The notes beneath the pieces are model-generated. The model saw only the letters and a list, made by a program, of their open reading frames with translations, was not told the origin of the DNA and did no database searches. Positions 32,241 to 42,945 of a stretch of DNA of 64,000 nucleotides are shown piece by piece; the first letter of the stretch is position 1, and each line of letters starts with the position of its first letter. The translations under genes were made by a program, and so were the position numbers. Source of the stretch: an uncultured Candidatus Binatia bacterium (GTDB lineage: Bacteria; Desulfobacterota; Binatia; Bin18); assembly GCA_965214605.1 (NCBI GenBank), contig OZ243961.1, positions 1,184,001-1,248,000 on the forward strand. Reading direction: 5' to 3'.

Positions 32241-32882
32241 ATGCCCCCTTTCTCTTTTCCAAGTCCGCTGTACGCCATCGCCGATACGCTGGGCCGAGCG
32301 GAGCTGCCGTGGCTTGAACTGACACGCCAGATGTGTGCCGGCGGAGCCCAGCTGATACAGCTGCGCTTCAAGGAGCAATCGGCCCGAAACTTTCTGCACC
32401 TTGCCCGGCAGGCACGGACCATCTGCCAGCAACACGGCTGCCTGCTGATCATCAACGACCGGGCCGACATCGCCCGATCGGTTGACGCCGACGGGCTCCA
32501 TATCGGCCAAGACGATCTGCCCTACGCCGCGGCCCGTCGCGTGCTCGGGCGGGACAAAATCATCGGCGTCTCAACCCATGACCTGGCTCAAGCTGTGGCG
32601 GCTGAGCGCGAGGGGGCAGATTATATCGGCTTTGGACCGTTGTTCGGCACCCAGACCAAGGCGACCGGCTATAGTGCACGGGGACTCGCTCAACTGCGCG
32701 AGATACGTGCCCGGACCAGCCTGCCAATTGTGGCCATTGGCGGCATCAGCGCCGAACGGGCCCCCGCCGTTCTGGCCGCGGGAGCCAACGCCGTAGCCAT
32801 GATCAGCGATATTGTCTTGAGTCAACAGGTGGAGGCAAAAGTCCGCCACATCCTCCGCGATCTGTCTCCGGCCAGGGGGTAA
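32241..32882 (+). CDS. thiE: Thiamine-phosphate synthase
   Basis: QLRFK, IINDR, HIGQDD, GVSTH, AIGGI. Confidence 0.95.
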   Translation: MPPFSFPSPLYAIADTLGRAELPWLELTRQMCAGGAQLIQLRFKEQSARNFLHLARQARTICQQHGCLLIINDRADIARSVDADGLHIGQDDLPYAAARRVLGRDKIIGVSTHDLAQAVAAEREGADYIGFGPLFGTQTKATGYSARGLAQLREIRARTSLPIVAIGGISAERAPAVLAAGANAVAMISDIVLSQQVEAKVRHILRDLSPARG

Positions 32883-33465
32883 TAGCCGCCATTCCCGCAC
32901 CCGCGCCCAATGCCAAGCCGCTACTCCTGTGCGTCGTTTGCACCCCGGAGTACGGTCCCCCTTGGAACATTCTTCCGGCTCAATGGAAGACAGAGCGCTT
33001 TCGGATGGAATGGATGCTGCTTATTCCCTGCCCGAAGCCCGGTTTTTATTCATCGGCACCATTCTCTCTCCCGCGGTATCGCTCTCGGCTTGTAGAAAAC
33101 GGGAGTCGCGTGACGACCCTGGCAGAGGAGGATGGACATGAGGAGGTCTTCATAGGGTTTTGAGAGGCTGACGGTTGGAAGCACTAGACCGCTGCACTTC
33201 AGGATCTCGCCAGCGTTTGAATGCCCTCCAGAGAGAGGCTAGATGCACCGAACACCAAAATCCGCCCGAGACGGACTTTTGGCGGCGTAAATCCCCCAAC
33301 GGGGGAGAGGCAGGCCGCGTCCGCTCATATTTGACCAACGCGACGACTAGCCTGACCGCCACACCCATCATTGAGCCGCGTCATCCGCGTCTCCCTCTCC
33401 TTGTCGAGTGTAGCTCAGATTGGCTTCCGCCTCCTTACGGAGTCTGCTCTGCAGTCAGCTTCTCG

Positions 33466-34833
33466 TCAGTCACTGTCGCCTTCCCCCCCTTCTTGCCCGT
33501 CCTGGACCAGATTCTCAAAGCGTGTATATTCACGGCGGAAGGCCAGCCGGACAGTGCCGGTCGGGCCGTTACGCTGCTTGCTGATGATCACTTCAGCTAC
33601 CCCTTCGTCTTGCGAGTCTGCTGTATACACCTCATCCCGGTAGATGAACATGATAACGTCGGCGTCTTGCTCAATGCTACCGCTCTCACGGATGTCGGAC
33701 ATGACCGGTCGCTTATCGCCGCGTCTTTCAACCTCGCGGTTGAGCTGCGAGAGGGCCAAAACAGGCAGGTTGAGTTCTTTAGCCAGCCCTTTCAGTCCCC
33801 GGGAGATCTCGGACAGCTCCTGATTGCGGTTTTCCTCAGCGGTCAGGCCACGCATCAGCTGGAGGTAGTCAATAATGATGAGCCCGACGTCGACCTCGCG
33901 TTTGAGCCGGCGCGCCTTAGCCCGCACTTCCAGCACGTTTTGCGCCGCGGTATCGTCAATAAAAATCCGTGTCTCAGACAAGCGGCTGGCGGCCATTACC
34001 AGGCGCGGAAAGTCGCGCTCGTCCAGATGACCGGTACGGACTTTGGTCAGATCAACCCGAGCCTCAGAGCACAACATGCGCTGGACGATCTGCTCTTTTG
34101 ACATCTCCAGCGAATACACGCCGACTGCCACTTGATGATGGATAGCGACATACTGGGCAATGTTGAGCGCGAAACTCGTTTTGCCCATACTGGGCCGTGC
34201 ACCAATAATGACCAGATCGGAGGGCTGGAAGCCAGCGGTTTTGCGGTCCAAATCCAAGAACCCAGTCGGCACGCCGGTGACCAGCTCTTTGCGCTCGTAG
34301 AGCTGGTCCACAGTCTTGAGGGTGTCCATCATCATGTCGCCGACCCTGGTGAAGGCCGGGCGGATACGCTGCTCGGATACGTCAAAGATAAGGCGCTCGG
34401 CTTCGTCGAGGAAGGCTTCTATATTGTCTTGGTCGGTATGGCAGCGAGCGGCAATTTCGCGGGATACGTCGAGCAGACGGCGGAGCACGGCCTTTTCTCG
34501 GATGATCCGAGCATAGGAGGCGATACGAGCAGCACTCGGGACACGGTCCAGTAGTTCGGCCAAGTAAGTCGCCCCACCCATATCGGCCAACTCCCCCCGG
34601 CTGCGGAGGGTATCGGTCAGAGTAATAAGATCGATGGGTTCGGCTTTGTCGCTCAGACTGAGCATGGCACGGAAGATTTTACGGTGTGACTCGCGGTAAA
34701 AATCGGCCTCGCCCATGATCTCAATGACCCGGTCGAGGCCGGTAGCGTCGGTGAGGATACCGCCCAAGACGGACTGCTCGGCTTCGAGGTTCTGGGGAGG
34801 GACGGAGCGCAGGGAGTCCTCAGCGCGGGCCAT
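33466..34833 (-). CDS. dnaB: Replicative DNA helicase
   Basis: PPQNLEAEQSVLG, GARPSMGKT, IDYLQL, RESGSIEQDAD, KQRNGPTG; no intein seen. Confidence 0.98.
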   Translation of the reverse strand: MARAEDSLRSVPPQNLEAEQSVLGGILTDATGLDRVIEIMGEADFYRESHRKIFRAMLSLSDKAEPIDLITLTDTLRSRGELADMGGATYLAELLDRVPSAARIASYARIIREKAVLRRLLDVSREIAARCHTDQDNIEAFLDEAERLIFDVSEQRIRPAFTRVGDMMMDTLKTVDQLYERKELVTGVPTGFLDLDRKTAGFQPSDLVIIGARPSMGKTSFALNIAQYVAIHHQVAVGVYSLEMSKEQIVQRMLCSEARVDLTKVRTGHLDERDFPRLVMAASRLSETRIFIDDTAAQNVLEVRAKARRLKREVDVGLIIIDYLQLMRGLTAEENRNQELSEISRGLKGLAKELNLPVLALSQLNREVERRGDKRPVMSDIRESGSIEQDADVIMFIYRDEVYTADSQDEGVAEVIISKQRNGPTGTVRLAFRREYTRFENLVQDGQEGGEGDSD

Positions 34834-34837
34834 TGGC

Positions 34838-35665
34838 TTAATCGTCCAGGGCCGCGCGCACAGTGGCAAACAGGCGGCCGAGCTGCGTCAAGCCGTCCGC
34901 AATCCGTGGCCCATACCAACACAACGCCATTCCGTCGACGCAGTAGAGATGACCCATTTTCCCGGCGACCGTTTCGGCCAACGGTTTCAGATGGACGAAA
35001 TGTTTGGTGGTAAACGGATAGGGTTCGCTCGGCAGCACCACGACCTGCGGGTCAGCCGTCGCCACCTCGTCCAGGCTGACAGTTGGGTAGCGCTCGGCCT
35101 TGGCCCGAAAAATATTTTCTCCGCCACACGTCCGCAGCATATCGTCAATATAGGTCTGGTCGTTAAACGACATCCAGGGCTTGCGCCAGATTGGGCAGAA
35201 GACGCGTAAGCGGGGGTGGTATTCGAGGTCTGCTGTCAGCCGGTCAGCCTGCTGGCGCAGGGCGTGCGCCAACATCTGGCCGTCTTCCAAATGGCCGACA
35301 AGTTGCCCTAGCCGCTCGATCATATCGATCCCCTCCCTGACCGTTCTGGGCGCGGTCACATACACGCACAAACCGTGCTCCTTCAGCCAGACGAAATCTT
35401 CATGCCGGTTTTCCTCTTCGTTCAGGATAACCACATCGGGCTGCAGACGCAGTATGGCTTCCAGCTCCGGATTTTTGGTCCCACCGACCTTGGTAAGACC
35501 AGCAACCTGCTCGGGGGGATGAGTGCAGAAGCGGGTCACTCCAATGACAGACGCACCGGCGCCAAGGGCGAACAGAGTTTCGGTGATACTCGGCACCAGT
35601 GACACAATCCGCCGCGGATAGGCGGGAAGCGAAACCAGGCGCTGGAGTTCGTCAACACAGTCCAT
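34838..35665 (-). CDS. Cobalamin/Fe-siderophore binding protein (BtuF-like)
   Basis: RIVSLVPSITETLFALG, VGGTKNP, NEEENR, PSEPYPF, WYGPR. Confidence 0.85.
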   Translation of the reverse strand: MDCVDELQRLVSLPAYPRRIVSLVPSITETLFALGAGASVIGVTRFCTHPPEQVAGLTKVGGTKNPELEAILRLQPDVVILNEEENRHEDFVWLKEHGLCVYVTAPRTVREGIDMIERLGQLVGHLEDGQMLAHALRQQADRLTADLEYHPRLRVFCPIWRKPWMSFNDQTYIDDMLRTCGGENIFRAKAERYPTVSLDEVATADPQVVVLPSEPYPFTTKHFVHLKPLAETVAGKMGHLYCVDGMALCWYGPRIADGLTQLGRLFATVRAALDD

Positions 35666-35680
35666 ACACACCCCGCTGTC

Positions 35681-35977
35681 CTAACGGTTTTCGGGATCCA
35701 AAATAGCCTCTAACTGCCGCTTCTCGTCAGGCGTATAGTCTCCCTCGAGCGGGGTAAGCGGGGTGGCTGGGGCAGCATCTTGGCTCGCCCAGGGCTGAAA
35801 AATTCCCATCCGACGCGCCTCTTTGTCAAGAAACATGACGATCCCAAGGAAACCGAGTAAGACCACACAGCCAAGGATGAGCAGAAACTTGGGCAGCAAC
35901 CAGCGTCGCTTTTTCGGCGCAGCTTTTTTTCTGCGGACAGGTGTCTTGCGGGTGGGTGTCTTTTTCCGGTCAGCCAT
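35681..35977 (-). CDS. Hypothetical single-TM protein with basic N-terminus
   Basis: K/R-rich N-terminus followed by a hydrophobic helix; fills the gap in a minus-strand operon. Confidence 0.6.
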   Translation of the reverse strand: MADRKKTPTRKTPVRRKKAAPKKRRWLLPKFLLILGCVVLLGFLGIVMFLDKEARRMGIFQPWASQDAAPATPLTPLEGDYTPDEKRQLEAILDPENR

Positions 35978-35988
35978 TCTCTTTCCCC

Positions 35989-37200
35989 TCAACGCCGGCT
36001 TAACGGTAGGTCTGAAGGGGCGTGTAACACCGCCCGGACGGCCTCCCAGCCGCTGCGCTGATGCCATCCCTCAACCCCATTGTACCACTTGAGCCCAACC
36101 GACTGAAGACGCTGGCTACGGGCGGCTAGACCGAACCAAAAGCGCCAGGCTGGTCCGTAGAACAGCCTGGTTGTCACCGCCAAACGGAAGAGTTTTTTGC
36201 CGACTCTGGAGCGGGCAAAGCGTTCGGTATAGCCGCTAAAATCGCCGCGCTGGCTGCTGAGGAGCGCCGACAGAATTTCCTGAGCCGCAAACTTCCCGTA
36301 TTCGAACGCAAAAGAGATGCCCTCGCCCATCAACGGCTCGGCCCCGGCCGCATCGCCTACCAACACCACACGCTGGCCGGCCAGGGCTCGGCGAGGATGA
36401 TAGCCACAGATAGGAAAAGCTCGCAAGCGATACGCCGTCTGGCAGTCGGCCTGTCCGGTCAGCGCGGCAACCTCAGCACCGAGCAGATGTCGCAGCTCGG
36501 CGTTGCTCAGGCGGGTCCGACCCAAGGCATAGATGCCGATATTCACGTGTGGCATTCCACCGATGAGGCATGGAAAGGCCCATAGATAGCCCTGTAAGCC
36601 ATGGCAAACAGGGAGAAAGTTAAAATCGTAGCGGCGCCGACCAAACCCCTCCCAGTTGGTGTCGGCCACAGGCACATCACACATCACCGCCCTGCCAAAC
36701 GGCAAGGTCGGTGACCCGACCAGCCGCCGTCGCACCCGGCTGCCCGAACCGTCAGCCCCCACAACGACTCGGGCCCGATAGGTCTGTTTATCGGTGACAA
36801 CGCGTACGCTAGCTGCCTCTCGCACCACGTCAATAAGCTTCTCAGACTGACGAATTTCGGCTCCTCGCTCCTCAGCGGCGCGAACCAATAAAAAGTCAAA
36901 TTCGTTGCGCCGAACAACCGAACACAGGCCGCCATCCTCACACACGACCTGCCGATTGGGCGGGACACGAACGAAAGCTCGGTCAACCGTGACGTGGGGA
37001 ATACTGAGCGGGACATCAAGCTCATCAAGACAGTTGATGGTATGGGGGATGAGTCCCCCGGCACAGATCTTCTCGCGGGGGTGGAGCGCCTTATCAATCA
37101 ACAGAATATTGCCGCTCAGCCTCGGCTCAGCCTTGAGCAGAGACAGAGCTGTGGCCGTTCCGGCTGGCCCTGCCCCGACAATCGCGACATCATAGGCCAC
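35989..37200 (-). CDS. Geranylgeranyl-reductase-like FAD oxidoreductase
   Basis: VGAGPAG, REKICAGG, GADG, YLWAFP, VGDAAG..PLMGEGI. Confidence 0.88.
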   Translation of the reverse strand: MAYDVAIVGAGPAGTATALSLLKAEPRLSGNILLIDKALHPREKICAGGLIPHTINCLDELDVPLSIPHVTVDRAFVRVPPNRQVVCEDGGLCSVVRRNEFDFLLVRAAEERGAEIRQSEKLIDVVREAASVRVVTDKQTYRARVVVGADGSGSRVRRRLVGSPTLPFGRAVMCDVPVADTNWEGFGRRRYDFNFLPVCHGLQGYLWAFPCLIGGMPHVNIGIYALGRTRLSNAELRHLLGAEVAALTGQADCQTAYRLRAFPICGYHPRRALAGQRVVLVGDAAGAEPLMGEGISFAFEYGKFAAQEILSALLSSQRGDFSGYTERFARSRVGKKLFRLAVTTRLFYGPAWRFWFGLAARSQRLQSVGLKWYNGVEGWHQRSGWEAVRAVLHAPSDLPLSRR

Positions 37201-37203
37201 GCC

Positions 37204-37620
37204 TCAGACCACCCCGGCCCGTGGCTCCACATTTTCGTGAATCCAGTCCACAATCATCTGCGTACTCGCCCCAGGCGTAAAAATTTCTTTGACTCCAGCC
37301 TCTTTGAGCTGAGGGATATCATCATCGGGCACGATCCCACCGCCAAAAACCGCAATATCGTCAGCCCCCCGCTCATCCAGCGCACTCAGAATGGCCGGAA
37401 AGAGCGTCATGTGCGCCCCAGACAGAATGCTCAGCCCGATGGCATCGACATCTTCTTGGACAGCAGCCTCGGCAATCATCTCCGGCGTCTGGTGGAGTCC
37501 GGTATAGACCACCTCAAAACCCGCGTCACGCAGGGCGCGGGCAATAATCTTGGCTCCCCTATCGTGGCCGTCCAAGCCGGCTTTCGCCACTAGAATACGT
37601 AATACTTTCTTGTCGAACAC
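37204..37620 (-). CDS. Acyl-CoA mutase small subunit (B12-binding), IcmB-like
   Basis: [10 protein letters not shown] (DxHxxG), SILSGAH, FGGG. Confidence 0.93.
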   Translation of the reverse strand: MFDKKVLRILVAKAGLDGHDRGAKIIARALRDAGFEVVYTGLHQTPEMIAEAAVQEDVDAIGLSILSGAHMTLFPAILSALDERGADDIAVFGGGIVPDDDIPQLKEAGVKEIFTPGASTQMIVDWIHENVEPRAGVV

Positions 37621-37651
37621 AGAAATCCTCCGTCATAGCCAAGCATCAACG

Positions 37652-39292
37652 CTACAACCAGGCCGGGTCCCGATACACGCCAAACACGTCACGGTAGATA
37701 TCCGAGATTTCGCCCAGCGTGCAGGAGGCTTTGACCGCCTCAATCAGCGGTGGCATCAGATTGGTGCCATTGCGGGCCGCAGCGTGCACTCGACCAAGAT
37801 GTTCGCTGACCGTTGCCTGGTCGCGTTCAGCCTTGATCTTTTTGATACGCTCAATCTGACTACGCTCTACCTCGGGTTCGATTTTCAGGATCTCAAGTGG
37901 GCGCTCTTCGGGCGGAACCTGATACTTATTCACGCCAACAATAATCTTTTCACCGGCATCGAGCTGCTGCTGGTAGCGGTAGGCGGAGTCGGCAATCTCC
38001 TTCTGCGGATAGCCGATATTAATGGCGTTGATAATCCCGCCCAATTCATCAATTCGCTTGATGTAGGCAAACGCTTCTTGCTCAATCCGGTCGGTCAGGG
38101 CCTCAATCGCCCAGCTACCGCCCAGGGGGTCAATCGTGTTGGTCACACCACTCTCTTCAGCAAGGATCTGCTGCGTTCTCAGGGCCACCATCACCGCCTG
38201 CTCGGTCGGCAGGGCCAGGGTCTCATCCATTGAGTTGGTATGCAGCGACTGGGTTCCACCCAGCACCCCAGCCAAGGCCTGGATGGCTACCCGGACGACA
38301 TTATTCATCGGCTGCTGGGCGGTCAGACTCACTCCGGCCGTCTGGCAGTGAGTGCGTAGCAACAGCGACTTGGGCTGTTTGGCGCCAAACCGCTCCTTCA
38401 TAATCTTGGCCCACATGCGCCGGGCCGCCCGGAGTTTGGCAATCTCCTCAAAGAAGTCGTTGTGCAGGTCAAAGAAAAAAGACAGCCGGGCCGCAAACTC
38501 ATCAACATCCAAACCACGTTCTATGGCCGACTGTACATAGCCGATACCGTCGGCCAAGGTAAAGGCCAGCTCCTGCACCGCGGTCGCCCCAGCCTCACGA
38601 ATATGGTAGCCGGAGATCGACACCGCGTGCCAACGCGGGACCTGTTTGACACAGAATTCTACCATATCGGTTACAATCCGTACCGCTGGCTCAGGAGGGC
38701 AGATCCACTCTTTCTGGGCGATATACTCTTTGAGCATATCGTTTTGGATCGTTCCCCCCAGCTGATCGCGCGGCACGCCCTGTTTATCGGCCACCGCAAT
38801 ATACATGGCCAGAATAATGCTGGCCGTACAGTTGACGGTCATCGAGGTGGTGACCTTGTCAAGCGGAATACCGTCAAACAGGCGTTCCATATCGTCCAGG
38901 GTTGAGACTGACACGCCCTCGCGACCGACCTCGCCCAGTGAGCGGGAATTATCGGCGTCGTAGCCCATCAGAACCGGCATATCAAAGGCGGTTGACAGGC
39001 CGTTCTGGCCCTCCGCCAGAAGGAGCTTGAAGCGCTGATTCGTATCCTCAGGCGTCCCGAAACCGGCAAACTGGCGCATAGTCCAGAACTTACCGCGGTA
39101 CATATTCGGATACACTCCACGGGTATACGGATATTCGCCTGGCAGGCCGATCGCCTGCTCATAATCCACCCCGTTCTTGTCCTCAAGAGTATATAGCGGA
39201 GCTATCTCCATATCGGAGATGGTCGAAAAACGCTCTAGACGTTCACCCTGCTTGGGATACTTCTGGGCCAGCCATTCGTGTTTGTTCATCAA
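37652..39292 (-). CDS. icmA: Acyl-CoA mutase large subunit, isobutyryl-CoA mutase (IcmA)-type
   Basis: [14 protein letters not shown] (Phe at the MCM Tyr89 position), KEYIAQKEW (Gln at the MCM Arg207 position), SGYHIREAG. Confidence 0.8.
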   Translation of the reverse strand: MMNKHEWLAQKYPKQGERLERFSTISDMEIAPLYTLEDKNGVDYEQAIGLPGEYPYTRGVYPNMYRGKFWTMRQFAGFGTPEDTNQRFKLLLAEGQNGLSTAFDMPVLMGYDADNSRSLGEVGREGVSVSTLDDMERLFDGIPLDKVTTSMTVNCTASIILAMYIAVADKQGVPRDQLGGTIQNDMLKEYIAQKEWICPPEPAVRIVTDMVEFCVKQVPRWHAVSISGYHIREAGATAVQELAFTLADGIGYVQSAIERGLDVDEFAARLSFFFDLHNDFFEEIAKLRAARRMWAKIMKERFGAKQPKSLLLRTHCQTAGVSLTAQQPMNNVVRVAIQALAGVLGGTQSLHTNSMDETLALPTEQAVMVALRTQQILAEESGVTNTIDPLGGSWAIEALTDRIEQEAFAYIKRIDELGGIINAINIGYPQKEIADSAYRYQQQLDAGEKIIVGVNKYQVPPEERPLEILKIEPEVERSQIERIKKIKAERDQATVSEHLGRVHAAARNGTNLMPPLIEAVKASCTLGEISDIYRDVFGVYRDPAWL

Positions 39293-39443
39293 TCCTCCTT
39301 AAGGCGGGAAGTCGGCTTAATCTGGTCGGTATGGCAAATACAGCTTGCCCGGACCACAATCGTGACAAACGCCTCTCCGATGCAGCTATCTTAAACTTTT
39401 GGGCTCAGAGATCAACTGTCAGAGGGAGAGTAGCAGCCACCAC

Positions 39444-39464
39444 AGGACAGCTCAAAGCTGTCCT
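39444..39464. repeat. Perfect 9-bp inverted repeat upstream of icmA
   Basis: AGGACAGCT-CAA-AGCTGTCCT. Confidence 0.6.
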
Positions 39465-39880
39465 CGCCTCCACGACAAAGAAAGATATACTGAGCAAAAA
39501 TTACTGGTCAGTGCGCGGTAGGTCCGAGAGATTTCCCCCAAGCATGCCACCACGCTAGCGAGAAGACGCGGCCAAGTTTCTCTACGAGTGAACAAACGGG
39601 CGTAAGCGCTGCTCTGACTGAGGAGAATGAGAAATGGCGCTGTTTGATTGGAGGTTATTGCTCGTCGCGATTATCGCCTTCATTGGAACTTCTGTGACAT
39701 ACACGTCCGCCCCCACTCACACAAATAGCCAACGTTCTCGTACACGGCGAAACGATACTGCAACGCCATACTCACCTCTTTCAAACCAGCTTGTAAAACA
39801 GGGGGCTCTCGTCTTCCTAGGCAGAGAGCGAGAAGAGCGCGCACATCGTGGGCATTCCTCCCCAGGGACGATCTAATCGC

Positions 39881-40663
39881 TTACTTGCCCGTAAACTTGG
39901 CCTCGCGTTTTTCCAGAAACGCCGTCATGCCCTCTTTTTTGTCCTCGGTCGCAAAGGTCATGGCAAATGCCTCGGCCTCAAAACGGCTAGCGTTGGCGAT
40001 GTCCATGTCAATTCCCGAATTAATCGCCGCCTTGGCCTGGCGGATGGCTATGGCCGGCTTAGTCGCGATTTTTTGGGCCAGAGCTTTGGCCTCGGTCATT
40101 AAATCGGCCAAGGGCACAACGCGATTGACCAGACCGTGGCGCAGCGCGGTCTCGGCATCGATCATGTCCCCGGTATAGATTAGCTCACGGGCCAGAGGAA
40201 GACCGATCCGGCGGGGCAAACGCTGGGTGCCGCCAAAGCCCGGAATCACGCCCAGGTTGATTTCGGGCTGACCGAACCTGGCTTTGTCAGCGGCAATGAT
40301 CAGGTCACAGGCCAGGGCCAGCTCGGTTCCCCCGCCCAGGGCAAAGCCGTTGACCGCGGCAATCACCGGAATAGGAAATTCTTCTAGTACTCGGCCTACA
40401 TTTAGACCGCTATTAGCAAACGCCTTGCCCTCCAGCGGCGTCATATCGACCATGGCTGAGATATCGGCCCCGGCCACAAACGCCCGCTCGCCCGCGCCCG
40501 TAATAATCAGACACCGGACCAAAGCGTCCCCACGCACCTCTTCGAGGCAAGTCGCAATTTCCCGCACGGTGGCTGGATTGAGCGCGTTGAGGCTTTTGGG
40601 CCGATTGACAGTTAGAATACCAACTGCGTCGTCTTTTTCAAAGACAATGTTCTTGTAAGCCAT
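39881..40663 (-). CDS. Enoyl-CoA hydratase (crotonase)
   Basis: AFVAGADI, GFALGGGTE, GQPEINLG..PGFGGTQRL. Confidence 0.95.
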   Translation of the reverse strand: MAYKNIVFEKDDAVGILTVNRPKSLNALNPATVREIATCLEEVRGDALVRCLIITGAGERAFVAGADISAMVDMTPLEGKAFANSGLNVGRVLEEFPIPVIAAVNGFALGGGTELALACDLIIAADKARFGQPEINLGVIPGFGGTQRLPRRIGLPLARELIYTGDMIDAETALRHGLVNRVVPLADLMTEAKALAQKIATKPAIAIRQAKAAINSGIDMDIANASRFEAEAFAMTFATEDKKEGMTAFLEKREAKFTGK

Positions 40664-40664
40664 C

Positions 40665-41621
40665 TTAATATTCCGGGTATTCATCGAAATGGTGAAAGGT
40701 CTCTAATAGGCGCAGGGTCCGGGTCTCAGAACGCAGCACGACCGAGTTGGTCATCGCTCCGCCGCTGTAGAAGCGCACGCCTTTGAGATAGCTACCGGTC
40801 GTCACCCCGGTAGCGGCAAAAATGACATTCCCTCCAGCCATCTCTTCAGTGCTATACTTCTTGCCAAAGTCGTAGATGTCTAAGTCGTGCAGTTGCTTGG
40901 CCTCGTCCTGATTACGGGGCCGAAAACGTCCCTGGATTTCTCCGCCAATACAGCGCAGCGCAGCTGCAGTGAGAATGCCCTGGGCCGCTCCGCCGGTCCC
41001 CATCAGCAAATCAACTCCGGCCGGCTCATGGGTGGTGGCCAATGCGGCCGACAGGTCGCCGTCGCTGATCAGTTTAACCCGGATACCGAGTCGGCGCAGC
41101 TCGCTACTCAGCCCTTCGTGGCGGGGCCGATCCAGCACGACTACGGTCAGGTTAGAGACGGGCACCTTCTTGGCTTTGGCCACTGCTACCAAATTTTCTT
41201 CAACCGACTTGTCCAGGTCAATCTCGCCCTTGCCCTCCGGCCCAACCGCAATCTTGTCCATGTGACAGTTAGGCGGGCAGCGTAGAAAGCCGCCCGGCTC
41301 AGCGGCCGCAATGACCGAAATGGCGTCTGGCGAACCGGTTGCACACGAGGTCGCACCTTCCAGAGCGTCGAGCGCCAGCTCAATCGGTGGCCCGGCACCG
41401 TTTCCCAGCTTTTCGCCGACGTATAGCATTGGGATCGCCTCTTCCTCGCCTTCGCCAATGACAATCTGGCCGTCGCACTCAACGGCCGAAAACAGGCTAT
41501 GCATGGCTTCAGCTGCGGCGTAATCGGCCTCAACTTCATCCCCGCGGCCCATCAGTCTTGCAGACGCCAGAGCTGCGGCTTCGGTGACCCGGACCATTTC
41601 GAGAGCGAGGTTGCGTTCCAT
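40665..41621 (-). CDS. glpX: Class II fructose-1,6-bisphosphatase
   Basis: RVTEAAA, VIGEGE, DALEG, LDRPRH, ISDGD, AATGVT. Confidence 0.93.
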   Translation of the reverse strand: MERNLALEMVRVTEAAALASARLMGRGDEVEADYAAAEAMHSLFSAVECDGQIVIGEGEEEAIPMLYVGEKLGNGAGPPIELALDALEGATSCATGSPDAISVIAAAEPGGFLRCPPNCHMDKIAVGPEGKGEIDLDKSVEENLVAVAKAKKVPVSNLTVVVLDRPRHEGLSSELRRLGIRVKLISDGDLSAALATTHEPAGVDLLMGTGGAAQGILTAAALRCIGGEIQGRFRPRNQDEAKQLHDLDIYDFGKKYSTEEMAGGNVIFAATGVTTGSYLKGVRFYSGGAMTNSVVLRSETRTLRLLETFHHFDEYPEY

Positions 41622-41640
41622 AGCGGCGTGGCTCCCGGCC

Positions 41641-42870
41641 TTAGGAATCCGAACCAATGGCCTGGCCGTGAATGAATTGGGGCATGATCCGCCAAGCTTC
41701 GGGCACGACCAGTCCGGTCTGTTTGGCGCTAGACTCATTATAGGCCAGAGCCCGTGGGGTGGCGTTTTGCCATTCGTGTGACGACAGCACGGCAAACGGT
41801 ACCGGGTCGTCAGAGTGGGTCTTTATTGCAACCGGTGTCGCGTGATCGGGCATTAGCAACAAACGCCATTCGCCAAAGCAATCGAGCCCCTTCAGGATGG
41901 TTCCAACAACCTTGTGGTCAAAATCTTCAAGCGCCTGAACCTTCTTGTCGGCCGCCCCCATATGACCGGCCTCGTCGGTGGCCTCGACGTGCAAAAACAG
42001 AAAGTCTTTGTGGGTGAGTGCCTCCAAACCATACTCGGCTTTGCCCAGATAATTGGTGTCCAGAAAGCCGGTCGCGCCAGGCACTAGAATCACCTCCAGA
42101 CCGGCCAGCACGCCGAGGCCACGGACTAAATCGACGGCCGAGATAACCGCGCCGTGGAGTCCGAACTGTTCGTGCAGAGTGGGCACCGCCGGTCGCCGAC
42201 CCTGTCCCCACAGCCAAATGCTCGAGGCCGGATTTTTCCCCTGTTCTCGCCGCCGCAGGTTGACCGGATGCTCGGCAAAAATCTCGCGTGAGCGTTCCAT
42301 CAAGGCGCACAGCCACTCGGCTCCTTCCCCGTGGGGAAAATGACCGGCGAGCGGCTTGTCGGTGATATCGTGAGGTGGGGTGGTGTGCATGCCTTCTTTG
42401 CCCTGATGCCAGACCAGCAGGTGCCGATAGCTCACCCCGGGATAAAAGCGCAACTCGGTTCCGCCGAGTTTGGCATTCAGCGCGCCGATCAGCTCGGCCG
42501 CTTCTTCGCTCGAAATATGGCCCGCCGTAAAGTCGAGCATCACCTCGCTGCTGTCATCCTGAGTAGCAAAGCTCACCAGATTACACCGAAAGGCAATATC
42601 GGTCGGTGCCAACTCCACCCCCATACTAGCTGCCTCAATTGGCGAACGGCCGGTATGATAGTGACGTGGATCAAAGCCGAGTAGGCTCATCGTACCCACA
42701 TCGCTGCCGGGCGGATAGCCTTTGGGAATCGTATGGGTCAATCCCAGCCTGCCGTAGGCGGCAATCCGATCCATATGGGGGGTATGCGCATACTCAAGCG
42801 GCGTTTTATTGTCCAACTCGGGTACCGGCCAATCGGCCATTCCATCACCTTGCAGCACGACGTATTTCAT
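41641..42870 (-). CDS. apgM: ApgM-family cofactor-independent phosphoglycerate mutase / proposed homoserine kinase
   Basis: GDGMAD, KTPLE, PGSD, GVSYRHL, PPHDI, HVEATDEAGH, PDHATP. Confidence 0.88.
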   Translation of the reverse strand: MKYVVLQGDGMADWPVPELDNKTPLEYAHTPHMDRIAAYGRLGLTHTIPKGYPPGSDVGTMSLLGFDPRHYHTGRSPIEAASMGVELAPTDIAFRCNLVSFATQDDSSEVMLDFTAGHISSEEAAELIGALNAKLGGTELRFYPGVSYRHLLVWHQGKEGMHTTPPHDITDKPLAGHFPHGEGAEWLCALMERSREIFAEHPVNLRRREQGKNPASSIWLWGQGRRPAVPTLHEQFGLHGAVISAVDLVRGLGVLAGLEVILVPGATGFLDTNYLGKAEYGLEALTHKDFLFLHVEATDEAGHMGAADKKVQALEDFDHKVVGTILKGLDCFGEWRLLLMPDHATPVAIKTHSDDPVPFAVLSSHEWQNATPRALAYNESSAKQTGLVVPEAWRIMPQFIHGQAIGSDS

Positions 42871-42945
42871 ACCAGATTCCTCACTCTGGGGTGGTTGGTT
42901 CCCCTCACACCCGTTGTTCAAGAAGGAGTCGATAATCTCATCTGG

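Noticed and set aside
32883-33465. 580-bp gap between thiE and dnaB with small hairpins
   Set aside because: No recognisable ORF, repeat or RNA family; cannot support a call
33175-34101. 308-aa ORF, and similar long antisense ORFs over groEL, icmA and ntrC
   Set aside because: Shadow ORFs opposite well-supported genes, expected in GC-rich DNA
39300-39630. Cobalamin riboswitch upstream of the B12 mutase
   Set aside because: No B12-box or GGGAA/ACTG core found by eye on the minus strand
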